From an uncultured archaeon (GTDB lineage Archaea; Asgardarchaeota; Thorarchaeia; Thorarchaeales; Thorarchaeaceae): a stretch of DNA of 32,000 nucleotides. Shown piece after piece: positions 1-8,719 of this stretch (positions are counted from its first letter, which is position 1; the number at the start of each line of letters is the position of its first letter). The translations under genes were made by a program, and so were the position numbers. The stretch lies in the NCBI GenBank assembly GCA_964354495.1, contig CAYHAA010000006.1:30001-62000 (forward strand), read 5' to 3'. The notes below the pieces were generated by a model. That model was not told the DNA's origin, did not search any database, and was given only the letters and a program-made list of their open reading frames with translations.

Positions 1-216
1 GGCGGGGTCATGAAGTGGGACTTCACAATAACAGATCCTAATGATAAGAACAGAATCTATGCTCAGATTAAGAAGGGTGACAAGTGGAGAGATATTTTCG
101 CTCCAGCCTTCAATTTCAAGGACCGTTATGTGATTCACGTCGGAGATCCGATGGCTCCAAGAATGATGCTGCTCGCCTATGCAGTTATCATCGATAATGT
201 CTATCATGATAATTAG
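1..216 (+). CDS. C-terminal part of a LURP-one-like/scramblase (tubby C-like) family protein; 5' end outside window
   Basis: Frame is open from base 1 (GGVMKWDFTITD...). Pattern WDFTI.D...AQIKK.......F..KDRYVIHV......MLLAYAVIID with a terminal hydrophobic helix is typical of the family. Recognised by eye. Confidence 0.6.
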   Translation, partial: GGVMKWDFTITDPNDKNRIYAQIKKGDKWRDIFAPAFNFKDRYVIHVGDPMAPRMMLLAYAVIIDNVYHDN

Positions 217-268
217 AAAAGCTACGACGAAAACTCTATAATACGTTTAGAAGTAACGTGCAGTTCGT

Positions 269-375
269 GCCCCAGTGGCTTAGAGGCTATAGTATCTCTG
301 CTTGCTCACAGGTACGGCAAAAGCGGCTGACTTGTAATCAGCAGGTCGCGCGTTCAATTCGCGCCTGGGGCTCCA
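269..375 (+). tRNA. tRNA-Thr(UGU) with an approximately 31-nt non-canonical D-arm intron and encoded CCA
   Basis: Acceptor GCCCCAG (269-275)/CTGGGGC (365-371); anticodon arm GCTGA-CT-TGT-AA-TCAGC; T-arm GCGCG-TTCAATT-CGCGC; CCA at 373-375. Extra hairpin-forming sequence at about 291-321 in the D-arm. Confidence 0.92.
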
Positions 376-421
376 CTCTTTCTTAGGCCAGACCGATTAA
401 TGCCTGTAATACAGTTGCTAT

Positions 422-664
422 TCAAATGTATTGAATTCCCACGATCCAATAGATAATGAGAGAGATAATCAGACCAACAATTGCTACAGCCAGAAAGGAC
501 ATTTTCTTAGTTTTATGGCGGAACTTGTACATACCACCAAGAATCCCGATTGCACCCCCAATGATTCCGAGCAGTTGTAAGGTGACCTCAGCAACGCGCC
601 ATTGATTTCTTACTGCCTTTCTCTTGTCCCACCACATTGCTAGAAATGCCACAGCGTTGATCAT
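422..664 (-). CDS. DUF1294 family small membrane protein; true start probably upstream (candidate CTG at 712)
   Basis: Motifs INAVAFLAMWWDKRKA, WRVAEVTL, GGAIG, KFRHKTKK. The frame stays open without ATG/GTG/TTG up to the pgk stop at 719. Confidence 0.85.
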   Translation of the reverse strand: MINAVAFLAMWWDKRKAVRNQWRVAEVTLQLLGIIGGAIGILGGMYKFRHKTKKMSFLAVAIVGLIISLIIYWIVGIQYI

Positions 665-718
665 TACTAGATAGAGAAGGGGAAACCAGTAGATTATTTC
701 TGCGAGCTGCAGCGGTAC

Positions 719-1921
719 TCACATCCTTCTTGCAGCCTCTTCGAGTGCTGATATCAACTCCAATTTCTTACCAGTGAGGAAATTGATTGTAGCTCCACCG
801 CCTGTACTGATATGGGTGATTTTGTCATCAAGATGCATCTTTTTCGCTATTGCACCCATGTGGCCACCGCCTACTACTGTGATACCCTTGCAGTCTGCAA
901 TCGCCTTCAGGACTTTCATAGTGCCTTTGGCGAAAATCTCTTTCTCAAAATACCCCATGGGACCGTTTGCAAAGACGACCGCAGATTTTCTGATGATAGT
1001 AGCATACTTTTCTGCGCTCTTTGTGCCGATGTCCAAGAAAGGATTCCCTTTCATCTCAGTGAAATCGCAATCGACTCTCTTGCCCGTGTCTACAGCAGCA
1101 TCTTGAGGAAGAATAAGTCTGTCACCATGGTTAGCTAGCAGTTCTCGAGCTGTTCCTACAGCAGCGTCGAATCCTTTGATTGGTTTGGAGTAAGTTTCCG
1201 GTACTTTACCAGCTGCAATCAAGAATAGAGTACCAATGAGTCCTCCAAGAAGTGCATTATCGACACGGCCTGTTCCCAAGAGCTTACTGAGCGTAGATAC
1301 CTTATCTTCTACCTTGCTCCCGCCTAGAACTAGAGTCCAGGGGTGTTTGTCGGTGCTTGTTGCGGCGGTCAATGTGCGAATCTCTTTCTCCACTAACCTT
1401 CCTGCAACAGATGGCAATACTGTGGTAAATCCAACTATTGATGCTTGAGATCTATGAGCGGCGCCAAATGCATCATTGACAAAGACGTCAAAGAGTGGAT
1501 ACAGCTCCTGTACTATCTGTTCCTTAGCGACTTCATTTGGGGGAGCCTTCTTCAGTTCACCGTCAAAGTATCGTACATTCTGAAGTACAAGTATCTCTCC
1601 AATCTTGACGCGGTTAATCGCTTTCTTTGCCTTTTGGCCGAATACGTCATCGACGAATGTAGCGTTGAATCCTAATTTCCTAAGAAACTCAGTGTGTTGC
1701 TCCAATGAGGTAAAATCATCACTACCAGGACTTCCTTGGTGAGCCATCAAGACTACCTTGCTCTTGGAGAGTTCATCCAATGTTTCACGTACCGCCTCAA
1801 TTCGTGAGAAATCTGTGATTTTCTTTGTTTCCGGATCTACTGAGCAGTTCAAATCAACGCGAAGTAGAACTCGTTTGCCAATATAGTCAACATCATCCAA
1901 CGTCTTGAAACTGATAGACAC
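719..1921 (-). CDS. pgk: Phosphoglycerate kinase
   Basis: Motifs RVDLN, MAHQG, FVNDAFGAAHR, LGGSKVEDK, ANGPMGYFE, VVGGGH, HISTGGGA; 400 aa. Confidence 0.98.
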   Translation of the reverse strand: MSISFKTLDDVDYIGKRVLLRVDLNCSVDPETKKITDFSRIEAVRETLDELSKSKVVLMAHQGSPGSDDFTSLEQHTEFLRKLGFNATFVDDVFGQKAKKAINRVKIGEILVLQNVRYFDGELKKAPPNEVAKEQIVQELYPLFDVFVNDAFGAAHRSQASIVGFTTVLPSVAGRLVEKEIRTLTAATSTDKHPWTLVLGGSKVEDKVSTLSKLLGTGRVDNALLGGLIGTLFLIAAGKVPETYSKPIKGFDAAVGTARELLANHGDRLILPQDAAVDTGKRVDCDFTEMKGNPFLDIGTKSAEKYATIIRKSAVVFANGPMGYFEKEIFAKGTMKVLKAIADCKGITVVGGGHMGAIAKKMHLDDKITHISTGGGATINFLTGKKLELISALEEAARRM

Positions 1922-1994
1922 GTCCCATCACCGATTTTTGGACGAGGAAGCTTCCGAATAAAGAACTTGTTGGAAAGAACAAGTCGTTCAGCGA

Positions 1995-2306
1995 CTAGAG
2001 CTGGCCGGTCATTATTGTCATGGCGAATGACTCTAGCAAGGATTCGTGTGGATAATGAATAGGCATGAAGTATCGGGTGCCCTGTTTTAGTGTAATGACC
2101 AGATCCTTGTCAGAACAGACTCTCACCAGTACTATCATTGCATCAAGTGTCCAATTCGTGATATCAACTGCACCAGACCAGGACATATCACGAATCATTC
2201 TCTCAAAGTAGGCACGATTTTGATGATTCACAACTCTGCCTAATGCCTCAATTCTAGTCTGTCTATTGTCAGTATTGGCTTCGGTGTACTGTGAATCTGG
2301 TATCAT
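1995..2306 (-). CDS. Hypothetical protein (103 aa)
   Basis: Fills the gap upstream of pgk on the same strand with protein-like composition; no family recognised. Confidence 0.6.
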   Translation of the reverse strand: MIPDSQYTEANTDNRQTRIEALGRVVNHQNRAYFERMIRDMSWSGAVDITNWTLDAMIVLVRVCSDKDLVITLKQGTRYFMPIHYPHESLLESFAMTIMTGQL

Positions 2307-2350
2307 GCAGTGAGATCGGAATCGATGCTATTAAACACCGACAAGTTCTG

Positions 2351-2560
2351 CTATGCACTGTAATACTCCAGTTCGCATGCTACTTCAGAGGTTTTTGACC
2401 GCCAATATACTGCCCATTGGTGGTTCTTTGTCTTGGATAGGAACACACGACTATTCTCTTTCATCTCCCGAGCAAGAGTTATTGCATCTAATATGTTCTC
2501 ACGGACACCTGCCAGTCTGTATACGCGCCCGCCTACTAGCTTCCACTTCTCGTCTGTCAT
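2351..2560 (-). CDS. Small hypothetical protein (69 aa)
   Basis: Co-oriented with neighbours, with an alternating beta/alpha-like pattern (YRL...AITLAREMK...VFLSKT..WAVYWR); no family recognised. Confidence 0.6.
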   Translation of the reverse strand: MTDEKWKLVGGRVYRLAGVRENILDAITLAREMKENSRVFLSKTKNHQWAVYWRSKTSEVACELEYYSA

Positions 2561-2626
2561 ATTGTTCAGTGTTATTCATTCTTTATAATCCCGTAATCCA
2601 ATGAAGACGATAGAACGCAGAAAGAG

Positions 2627-2763
2627 TGCCGCAGGAGGGCTTCGATCCCTCGACTTCGAGATTTCTCATCTCGTAGCGCTTTTTCTCATTGACCCCAGTC
2701 GTTTCATGGATGACTCCACGAAGATTATGAGTCTCGCGCCCCGCCAGTCTAGGCTACTGCGGC
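2627..2763 (-). tRNA. tRNA-Met(CAU), probably elongator, with a 63-nt canonical 37/38 intron (2663-2725)
   Basis: Reverse complement GCCGCAG...CGAGA-CT-CAT-A|intron|A-TCTCG...GAGGG-ATCGAAG-CCCTC-CTGCGGC-A. BHB with central helix CTCA/TGAG and 3-nt bulges TAA and AAA. Elongator versus Ile2 identity is inferred from the acceptor stem. Confidence 0.92.
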
Positions 2764-2858
2764 ATTTCTACGGATGGGTATTGAGAGTGTCGTACCACCC
2801 GTTCGGAGGTCAGCCATAGGTCTATCTATTAAAGTTAACTTTCAATCGGTGTAGAACA

Positions 2859-4739
2859 TCAAGTGCCAAGTTGTTTCTTGACCTCAGCTGTAAGGATTTC
2901 CTTCGCGATTTTCCCATCGACCTTGCCACCTAATTCCTTCATGACTATGCCCATGAGACCTCCAATGGAGCGCTGACCCTGCGCCCTAACGAAATCCTGT
3001 CGGTCGTTAACAATCTTCCGTATGGTTTCTCGGATTACAATGTTATTTGCCATAGATAGACCGGTGGCAGCCAGCACTTCCTCAATGTTCTGATTCGGAT
3101 TGTGAGCAAGATGAGTCAGCACAGCGGGGATGGCTTCGGACGATACATCCTTCTTATCAACAAGCCTGAATAAGTCAATGAAGTGGCGGTCCAGCAGATT
3201 CTCTGTAGGAATCTGATCTCTATGAAGACTGATCACTGTATTCTCTAGAGTTGCAGCAATAAGCGTGGGCGAAACCTTTGTTTCACGAACCGCCTGTTCA
3301 AAGACATCAAGATTCACTGAACGAGTGATTTGGTATGCAAGATCAGGACTCAGCCCATATTCCTTGATGAATCGTTTCTCCTTGTTCTCAATTTTTTCGG
3401 GCATGTTCATTCTGATTCGCTTAAGGCGAGATTCTGTAATCTTTACCGGTCTCACATCAGTTTCTGGATACATGCGTGATGAACCGGGCCTAGGACGTGC
3501 ATACTTCGAGGCTCCATTTGGAAGTGGGGTTCGAGTTTCTGTGGGAATACCCAACACGGCTTCTCTAGCACGATTGATAACAGCCCCCAGCGCATCATTG
3601 CATCGTGCCTCTGAAGAAGCGACCATGACAACGGCATCCTGCTCCTCAGCCTTCAATAGCATTCGAACCTGTGATACGTCACTGTCTGTGATTCCGTACT
3701 TGGGAAGCTCGTCAGTGTGGAATATTCCTCCTACACTGCCCCAGAACTTGGCATAATCAGAGAACTCCGTGCCAAGACGACGTTCTGGTTGTATTTCAAT
3801 ACCAATCAGCCCGGCGAACTTAGGAAGCCTAGCAGCATAGACAACGCCACCAGTTTCGAGAGCATTTCTAATCACTTTTGACTGACTATTCACAAAAACC
3901 TTTGTGACATCAACAAACAGGTTCTTGATATCATCAGGTTTAACATTCCTAGCTCGTAGTGCATCCCGGATTTCAAGTAATCTTTCTTGCCTCAGAGTTT
4001 CAAGCTCTACGAGTGTGGATATCATGTTGAGTTGTTGCAGGCCCTTGATTTCTGTGATTGCACCACCGCTGATTGAGATGTTCACATCTTGACGAATCGT
4101 TCCCAAGCCCCGCTTTACTCGCCCGCTGGATCTCAAGAGAAGTCCAAGTGCAAGAGCAACATCTTGTGCCTCAGTGGGTGTCCGAATGTCCGGGGCAGTC
4201 GCTATCTCAATCAGGGGAATCCCAAGGCGATCGAGCCTGTACACACGTATGTTATTCTCATCGTCATCAGCAATTTTTCTTGCGGCATCCTCTTCGAGGC
4301 AGATTGTCTGAATTCCTATTGTCTTCCCAGCAACGTCGACCTGGCCGCCATTAGCGATTATTGCAGTGCGCTGAAATCCCGTAGTATTAGAACCGTCTAT
4401 GACGATTTTCCTCATTGGATGAATCTCATCAACAGGACTAGAGTGTAAGAAATTCGCCATCATCAGACAGATGTCGATAGGTTCTTCGCTTAATTCGTGA
4501 GGTGGTTCCTCATCTGCCTCTACTAGGCAGGTTGTGTCGCTGTAGTACTCGTAACAGAATCGCCTATGTTTTTGATATTCGAAAAGCGCCGCAGGATCTA
4601 CTGTTCCCATCTCACTTTGTGTAGGACGAAGTCGTCTGATGAACTTTCCATCGGGTTCATCATCACGAACAATGGTGGCACAGTGACAATAGAGCTTTCT
4701 TGTAGTATCTAGTTGTTGATGGAGCTCGAGACCTACCAT
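2859..4739 (-). CDS. gatE: Glutamyl-tRNA(Gln) amidotransferase subunit E; start possibly CTG at 4775
   Basis: Motifs VGLELHQQL, RRLRPTQSE, RKIVIDGSNTTGFQRT, CLEED, LDRLGIPLIEIAT, IRQDVNISI, RMYPETD; adjacent to gatD. Confidence 0.97.
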   Translation of the reverse strand: MVGLELHQQLDTTRKLYCHCATIVRDDEPDGKFIRRLRPTQSEMGTVDPAALFEYQKHRRFCYEYYSDTTCLVEADEEPPHELSEEPIDICLMMANFLHSSPVDEIHPMRKIVIDGSNTTGFQRTAIIANGGQVDVAGKTIGIQTICLEEDAARKIADDDENNIRVYRLDRLGIPLIEIATAPDIRTPTEAQDVALALGLLLRSSGRVKRGLGTIRQDVNISISGGAITEIKGLQQLNMISTLVELETLRQERLLEIRDALRARNVKPDDIKNLFVDVTKVFVNSQSKVIRNALETGGVVYAARLPKFAGLIGIEIQPERRLGTEFSDYAKFWGSVGGIFHTDELPKYGITDSDVSQVRMLLKAEEQDAVVMVASSEARCNDALGAVINRAREAVLGIPTETRTPLPNGASKYARPRPGSSRMYPETDVRPVKITESRLKRIRMNMPEKIENKEKRFIKEYGLSPDLAYQITRSVNLDVFEQAVRETKVSPTLIAATLENTVISLHRDQIPTENLLDRHFIDLFRLVDKKDVSSEAIPAVLTHLAHNPNQNIEEVLAATGLSMANNIVIRETIRKIVNDRQDFVRAQGQRSIGGLMGIVMKELGGKVDGKIAKEILTAEVKKQLGT

Positions 4740-4771
4740 AAGACCTAATCCTAGATACTTGTCACTGTCTG

Positions 4772-6175
4772 TCAGCTCATACTCCCCCCAAAGCGTGTTA
4801 TGTACTCTGACTCTTCACTGCGCATGTCAATCTCACCAGCAATGGGTGTCAGGAGAAGACTCTTAGCGGCATTGCCGTCCTTACTATTGGCAAGGGACCA
4901 CATGAGTTTTACAAGAGCAGTTTCTGGTAGCATGTCCTCGCAGGGAATGACTCCTGCTGCAAGCAGTTCAACTCCCGAACGATAGACGTTCAGATCGGTG
5001 CGTCCAAAGATGCACTGACTTGTCATTGCCACGACAACACCTGCATCTATCGCCCTCTTGACTGAGGGTTGTAGACTATCTGGTGCATGCCCAAGACCAG
5101 TCCCTTCAATTATGATACCTCTATAGCCGGTATCAATCAGGTGATCTAGAAGACTGTGTTCAACCCCTGGGTATGTCTTTACCAGCGCCACTTTTTCCTC
5201 GAATTTGGGCTTTAGTACAAGCTTGCGCTCCAGTTCGCGCCTTAGTAATGGAGGATTCAGTTCCACTATTTCTGTTTCAGTGACTCTAAAGAGCGGGCGA
5301 TTATTTACAGATTGAAAGGCATCGCGTCGACTTGTATGTAACTTGCGAACCCTCGTTCCTCTGTGGGCATGAAGATAGCTGTCTCCAATTTCCGCATGCA
5401 TAAGGACCATGACCTCAGCAGCATTGGCCCTTGCAGCGAGAGTGACTGCTCCTGTAAGATTCATTGCAGAATCTGAGGAGGGTCGATCTGAAGACCGTTG
5501 AGACCCCACAAGGACAACAGGAACAGGAAGATTTCGGAGAGCAAAGGAGAGGGCTGCTGCCGTGAACCCAAGTGTGTCAGTTCCGTGAGCTATCACAACT
5601 CCATCGGCCCCAGACTTTATCTCTAAGGCTATGGCGCGTGCAATCTTCGTCCAATCCGTGGGCCGAATATTCTCAGAGAGCACACTCATGAGGACCTTAG
5701 CATGAACATTGGCATAGTCTTGGAGTTCGGGAACAGTATCATAGAGATCTTGTGCGGTCAAGGCTGGGTTGACTGCTCCAGTACGATAATCGACCTTGCT
5801 GGCGATTGTGCCGCCAGTACTCAGAATAGAGACGCGAGATAACGCCTTAGTTTCGATTTTTCTTTCTGTCGGGGCAGCTTGTCTTCCTGCTCCAGACTTG
5901 ATTCGATGTACGACCGTTTCTTGATTCATTCGTATACCGATATTATAGCCGCTAGTCAGTTTGATGACAACGTGTATTGAATCACTACCGACCTGACTTC
6001 GCGGCATGAGTACTCCTGTGTATTCAACCCCATCTTTCGTGACGCTTATTGTATCGCCGATTTGTATCTTGGAGCTAGAGAGTTTCTCCAGAACTAGACC
6101 ACTGTAACCCGAATCTTCAAGACTCAATGACTTCCTCACCTTCGAGCTGAAACTCAAACAGGATAGCTCGGTCAT
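4772..6175 (-). CDS. gatD: Glutamyl-tRNA(Gln) amidotransferase subunit D (asparaginase-like); N-terminal start uncertain
   Basis: Motifs KLTSGYNIG, STGGTIASKVDYRTGAV, HGTDT, GSQRSSDRPSSD, KLHTSRRDAF, EGTGLGH. Confidence 0.97.
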   Translation of the reverse strand: MTELSCLSFSSKVRKSLSLEDSGYSGLVLEKLSSSKIQIGDTISVTKDGVEYTGVLMPRSQVGSDSIHVVIKLTSGYNIGIRMNQETVVHRIKSGAGRQAAPTERKIETKALSRVSILSTGGTIASKVDYRTGAVNPALTAQDLYDTVPELQDYANVHAKVLMSVLSENIRPTDWTKIARAIALEIKSGADGVVIAHGTDTLGFTAAALSFALRNLPVPVVLVGSQRSSDRPSSDSAMNLTGAVTLAARANAAEVMVLMHAEIGDSYLHAHRGTRVRKLHTSRRDAFQSVNNRPLFRVTETEIVELNPPLLRRELERKLVLKPKFEEKVALVKTYPGVEHSLLDHLIDTGYRGIIIEGTGLGHAPDSLQPSVKRAIDAGVVVAMTSQCIFGRTDLNVYRSGVELLAAGVIPCEDMLPETALVKLMWSLANSKDGNAAKSLLLTPIAGEIDMRSEESEYITRFGGSMS

Positions 6176-6201
6176 AAAGGCTTCGTCATAAATGATAGAA
6201 C

Positions 6202-6765
6202 CTACAGAATTCCAAAAATGATAAGCAGTCCGAATAGTATGAAGACTGTTCCGACTACTCTCTTCACAATTCTTAGGGGAATACGCTGAGCTACGTGAGT
6301 TCCAGCAAACGCACCAAGAGAATTGACAATTAGAAATCCAACGATGGCACCAGCAAAGATGATGATTGGAAACAGTGACTGGGCAGCCAAAGCAAGAATC
6401 GTAATCTGGCTCTTATCACCAAGCTCGGATAAGAGCACAAGAGAGAATATCCCGAAAAGTGTACCTGGATTATCACAGGCTTCGGGAACCTCAGAATTGG
6501 ATCTTGCAAGGGTAAAGATACCTAAAGATAGGAACATGACACCTGATACGTATGTAATAATCTCAATAGGGAGAGTAGCAGAAAGAATGAAGCCCAAGAC
6601 GACTGCTATTGCTGAGGAGGTAGCAAGTGCTGTCATAGTTGCAAGAAGCACCAGTCTAGGTCTGCGATACTGTGCACTAAGACAGATGGTGGTCAGCATG
6701 GTCTTGTCGCCAAGCTCCATCAATAGGACTAGTCCCAATGACGAGATGAGCGTTTGAACCGGCAT
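6202..6765 (-). CDS. TMEM165/GDT1 (UPF0016) family cation transporter
   Basis: Two E-L-G-D-K-[TS] motifs (MELGDKT, SELGDKS) in a hydrophobic protein. Confidence 0.93.
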   Translation of the reverse strand: MPVQTLISSLGLVLLMELGDKTMLTTICLSAQYRRPRLVLLATMTALATSSAIAVVLGFILSATLPIEIITYVSGVMFLSLGIFTLARSNSEVPEACDNPGTLFGIFSLVLLSELGDKSQITILALAAQSLFPIIIFAGAIVGFLIVNSLGAFAGTHVAQRIPLRIVKRVVGTVFILFGLLIIFGIL

Positions 6766-6830
6766 AGTATCAGCTGGTTTCCATGGTCTCCTTTTAGGAG
6801 TTGGTATATGGTTTCATGATTGAGATGGAG

Positions 6831-6949
6831 TGCGGGAGGCGAGGTTCGAACTCGCGGACTCCTACGAGAGCGGATGTCTTCTCAGCATGACCCCTTGTCT
6901 TCATGTGATCTTAAGTCCGCCGCCTTTGACCAGGCTTGGCTACTCCCGC
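6831..6949 (-). tRNA. tRNA-Leu(UAA) with a 34-nt canonical 37/38 intron (6876-6909)
   Basis: Reverse complement GCGGGAG...GCGGA-CT-TAA-G|intron|A-TCCGC, long variable arm, TTCGAAC loop, CTCCCGC-A. The intron folds into a hairpin with relaxed BHB geometry. Confidence 0.93.
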
Positions 6950-7022
6950 ACAAATGTGTGCCCAGTCTTTTTTGAGAGAATATTGGAGGTGCTCATGAAT
7001 TCTTTGATGATGTTTGAGATTG

Positions 7023-7133
7023 TGGTGGGCCGCGCCGGATTTGAACCAGCGACCTTCGATTCCGATGAGTCGGTGACTCGATTCGGATTCTCGGTGTAAA
7101 CGAGACATCATAGCCGGGCTAGACTAGCGGCCC
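7023..7133 (-). tRNA. tRNA-Val(UAC) with a 33-nt non-canonical intron at about 44/45 (7055-7087) and encoded CCA
   Basis: Reverse complement GGGCCGC...TCTCG-TT-TAC-AC-CGAGA-A|TCCGA..GAGTC.ACC.GACTC..TCGGA..AA|GGTC-GCTGG-TTCAAAT-CCGGC-GCGGCCC-A-CCA. Removing 33 nt gives a standard 75-nt tRNA. Confidence 0.92.
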
Positions 7134-7157
7134 CAAGAAGAGGCCTTGGGTGCTTCA

Positions 7158-7165
7158 GATAAAAA
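7158..7165 (-). promoter_or_regulatory. Probable TATA box (TTTTTATC) of the tRNA-Val gene
   Basis: Lies 25-32 nt upstream of the tRNA-Val 5' end, the usual archaeal spacing. Confidence 0.55.
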
Positions 7166-7350
7166 GTTGCTTACGTGCGGCACGCTGTGATGTAAACTTC
7201 TTGGTAAGAGTCGTCTAGGTTGGTACTCCCGAAACGTTCGAATTTCATCTCATGATTAGTTTCTATTACTTGTAATACACTGGCTTTTCTGTCCCCGAAT
7301 CTCACGGCTGCAACAAGGACCGTTCAGTCTGTACCAATCAGGCATCAAGT

Positions 7351-8118
7351 CTAGGCATTCATTTTTGCCCGTATCTCTTCGGGAATGAAAAGGTGCATTG
7401 GAACTCCTCGTAGCCTAGGACCAATGGCTGCAATGATACCTGATGCCCGTGTACTTCTCTTGCACCTTAGCGCAAACTCAAACTTGCCCAGCTCTTGGGT
7501 TTCATAGATGTCATCGATGTGACTTGACTTCTTCAGAGCATCATCAAGCATGACACGACTAGTGCCAAAGACTAGTAGGCGTTCGTGATCATCATGAAGC
7601 CATTCATCAAACCGATTCATGGTGCTCTCGGCAAATGTGGCTTCAAGCTTGGCTTCTTCTCTGTCTACATTTACTATCAGTACTTCAACTGGTAGATTGT
7701 CAACTAGTACGAGTGATTTGGCAAGTGCTCTCAAAGGCCTCGAGGTTTTGAATTGCTCACGAATCTGGTAGAGAGGGAGAAGTGCATCCACCAGCGTTTT
7801 GTTGTTCATGGCTGCGATATCTACATAGAGCCCGTATCCAACCTTCCCAACATCGACCAGTGACCCTTTGAATGTTTTCCCTTCTGTCACACGTTCCAAG
7901 GGAATGGATGTCCCATACTCCTTCGTGAGGTAGTTAATAGCAAATTCTGCATCCTGCCCGTCAATGCCTATGACTATATGGCCGCGTTTGTTAATTACAA
8001 ACCGCGCCAAACGGACATCAAGTTCCTTCATCAAACTCAGGATATTCGATTTGACTGTTTGAGCCATTCTGTTTTTGTATTGCCCATAGAGCCTTGTGAG
8101 CAGAACAATGGTCTTCAA
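7351..8118 (-). CDS. DUF2110 family protein (OB-fold-like), downstream of tfe
   Basis: Motifs DGQDAEFAINYL, G.LVDVGKVGYGLYVDI, LVDNLPVEV. This family commonly sits next to tfe in archaea. Confidence 0.8.
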   Translation of the reverse strand: MKTIVLLTRLYGQYKNRMAQTVKSNILSLMKELDVRLARFVINKRGHIVIGIDGQDAEFAINYLTKEYGTSIPLERVTEGKTFKGSLVDVGKVGYGLYVDIAAMNNKTLVDALLPLYQIREQFKTSRPLRALAKSLVLVDNLPVEVLIVNVDREEAKLEATFAESTMNRFDEWLHDDHERLLVFGTSRVMLDDALKKSSHIDDIYETQELGKFEFALRCKRSTRASGIIAAIGPRLRGVPMHLFIPEEIRAKMNA

Positions 8119-8197
8119 TTGGTAGCCTCTTTGTATTTGAAGTACTAGCTACTGGCGGGCCGTTCTTGTAGAAAAAGGGGTTGGTGTGACGTACATT

Positions 8198-8719
8198 CTA
8201 GGAGGACGCTTCCAAATCTGCCCTAAGTTCCTCGACTCGTTTTCGCAGGAATGATATTGCCTTGGCGTTATCGACATACTCAAGCTGTCCATTGCAGGTT
8301 GGACATCGAAACGAGAGATTCATAGCCTCCTCGAATGGAACTGGTGAGGAGTCCCGATTTACACATGAGTATAGATCGTTATTGGATTCATGTTCAAGTC
8401 TCTGCTCGAGTAGATTGAGTACCATGCGTTTCTTTCTATTGACCAGAGCTTGGGCCTTCTTTGGATCTATCCTCCAGTAGTATAGGAACCATCCTGTATT
8501 GACATCACGGATTCTGCGATAGGATGCAAGGTGATTATCATGCAGCTTATATAAGATTCTCCGAACAATATTCAGCTTGAGGTCAGTCTTGGTCGCGATT
8601 TCTTCATCAGTTGTTTCTTCTGTATTTACTAGGACCATAGAAACATCAACGCCCTCTTTTCCTGCAATCTCTTCAACGACAAGACGGAAGAGGTCGTGAT
8701 TGAAGTCAGCATGTACCAT
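8198..8719 (-). CDS. tfe: Transcription initiation factor E alpha
   Basis: Motifs TDEEIATKTDLKLNIVRRILYKL and GWFLYYW; Zn-ribbon region with FEEAMNLSFRCPTCNG; SD GGGTGA upstream. Confidence 0.96.
   Translation of the reverse strand: MVHADFNHDLFRLVVEEIAGKEGVDVSMVLVNTEETTDEEIATKTDLKLNIVRRILYKLHDNHLASYRRIRDVNTGWFLYYWRIDPKKAQALVNRKKRMVLNLLEQRLEHESNNDLYSCVNRDSSPVPFEEAMNLSFRCPTCNGQLEYVDNAKAISFLRKRVEELRADLEASS

Noticed and set aside
2601-2819. ORF-track call of 72 aa on the plus strand
   Set aside because: It is antisense to tRNA-Met and not protein-like.
4772-4793. Programmed -1 frameshift fusing GatD to GatE at TTT GGG GGG
   Set aside because: The run is not in the X XXY YYZ register for the gatD frame and GatDE is normally two chains. 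A CUG start explains the overlap more simply.
6830-7111. ORF-track calls 6830-7099 (+) and 6911-7111 (-)
   Set aside because: They overlap tRNA-Leu and tRNA-Val, which explain the sequence.
269-7133. tRNA genes as attachment sites of an integrated element
   Set aside because: I saw no duplicated tRNA 3' ends, integrase or viral genes in the window.
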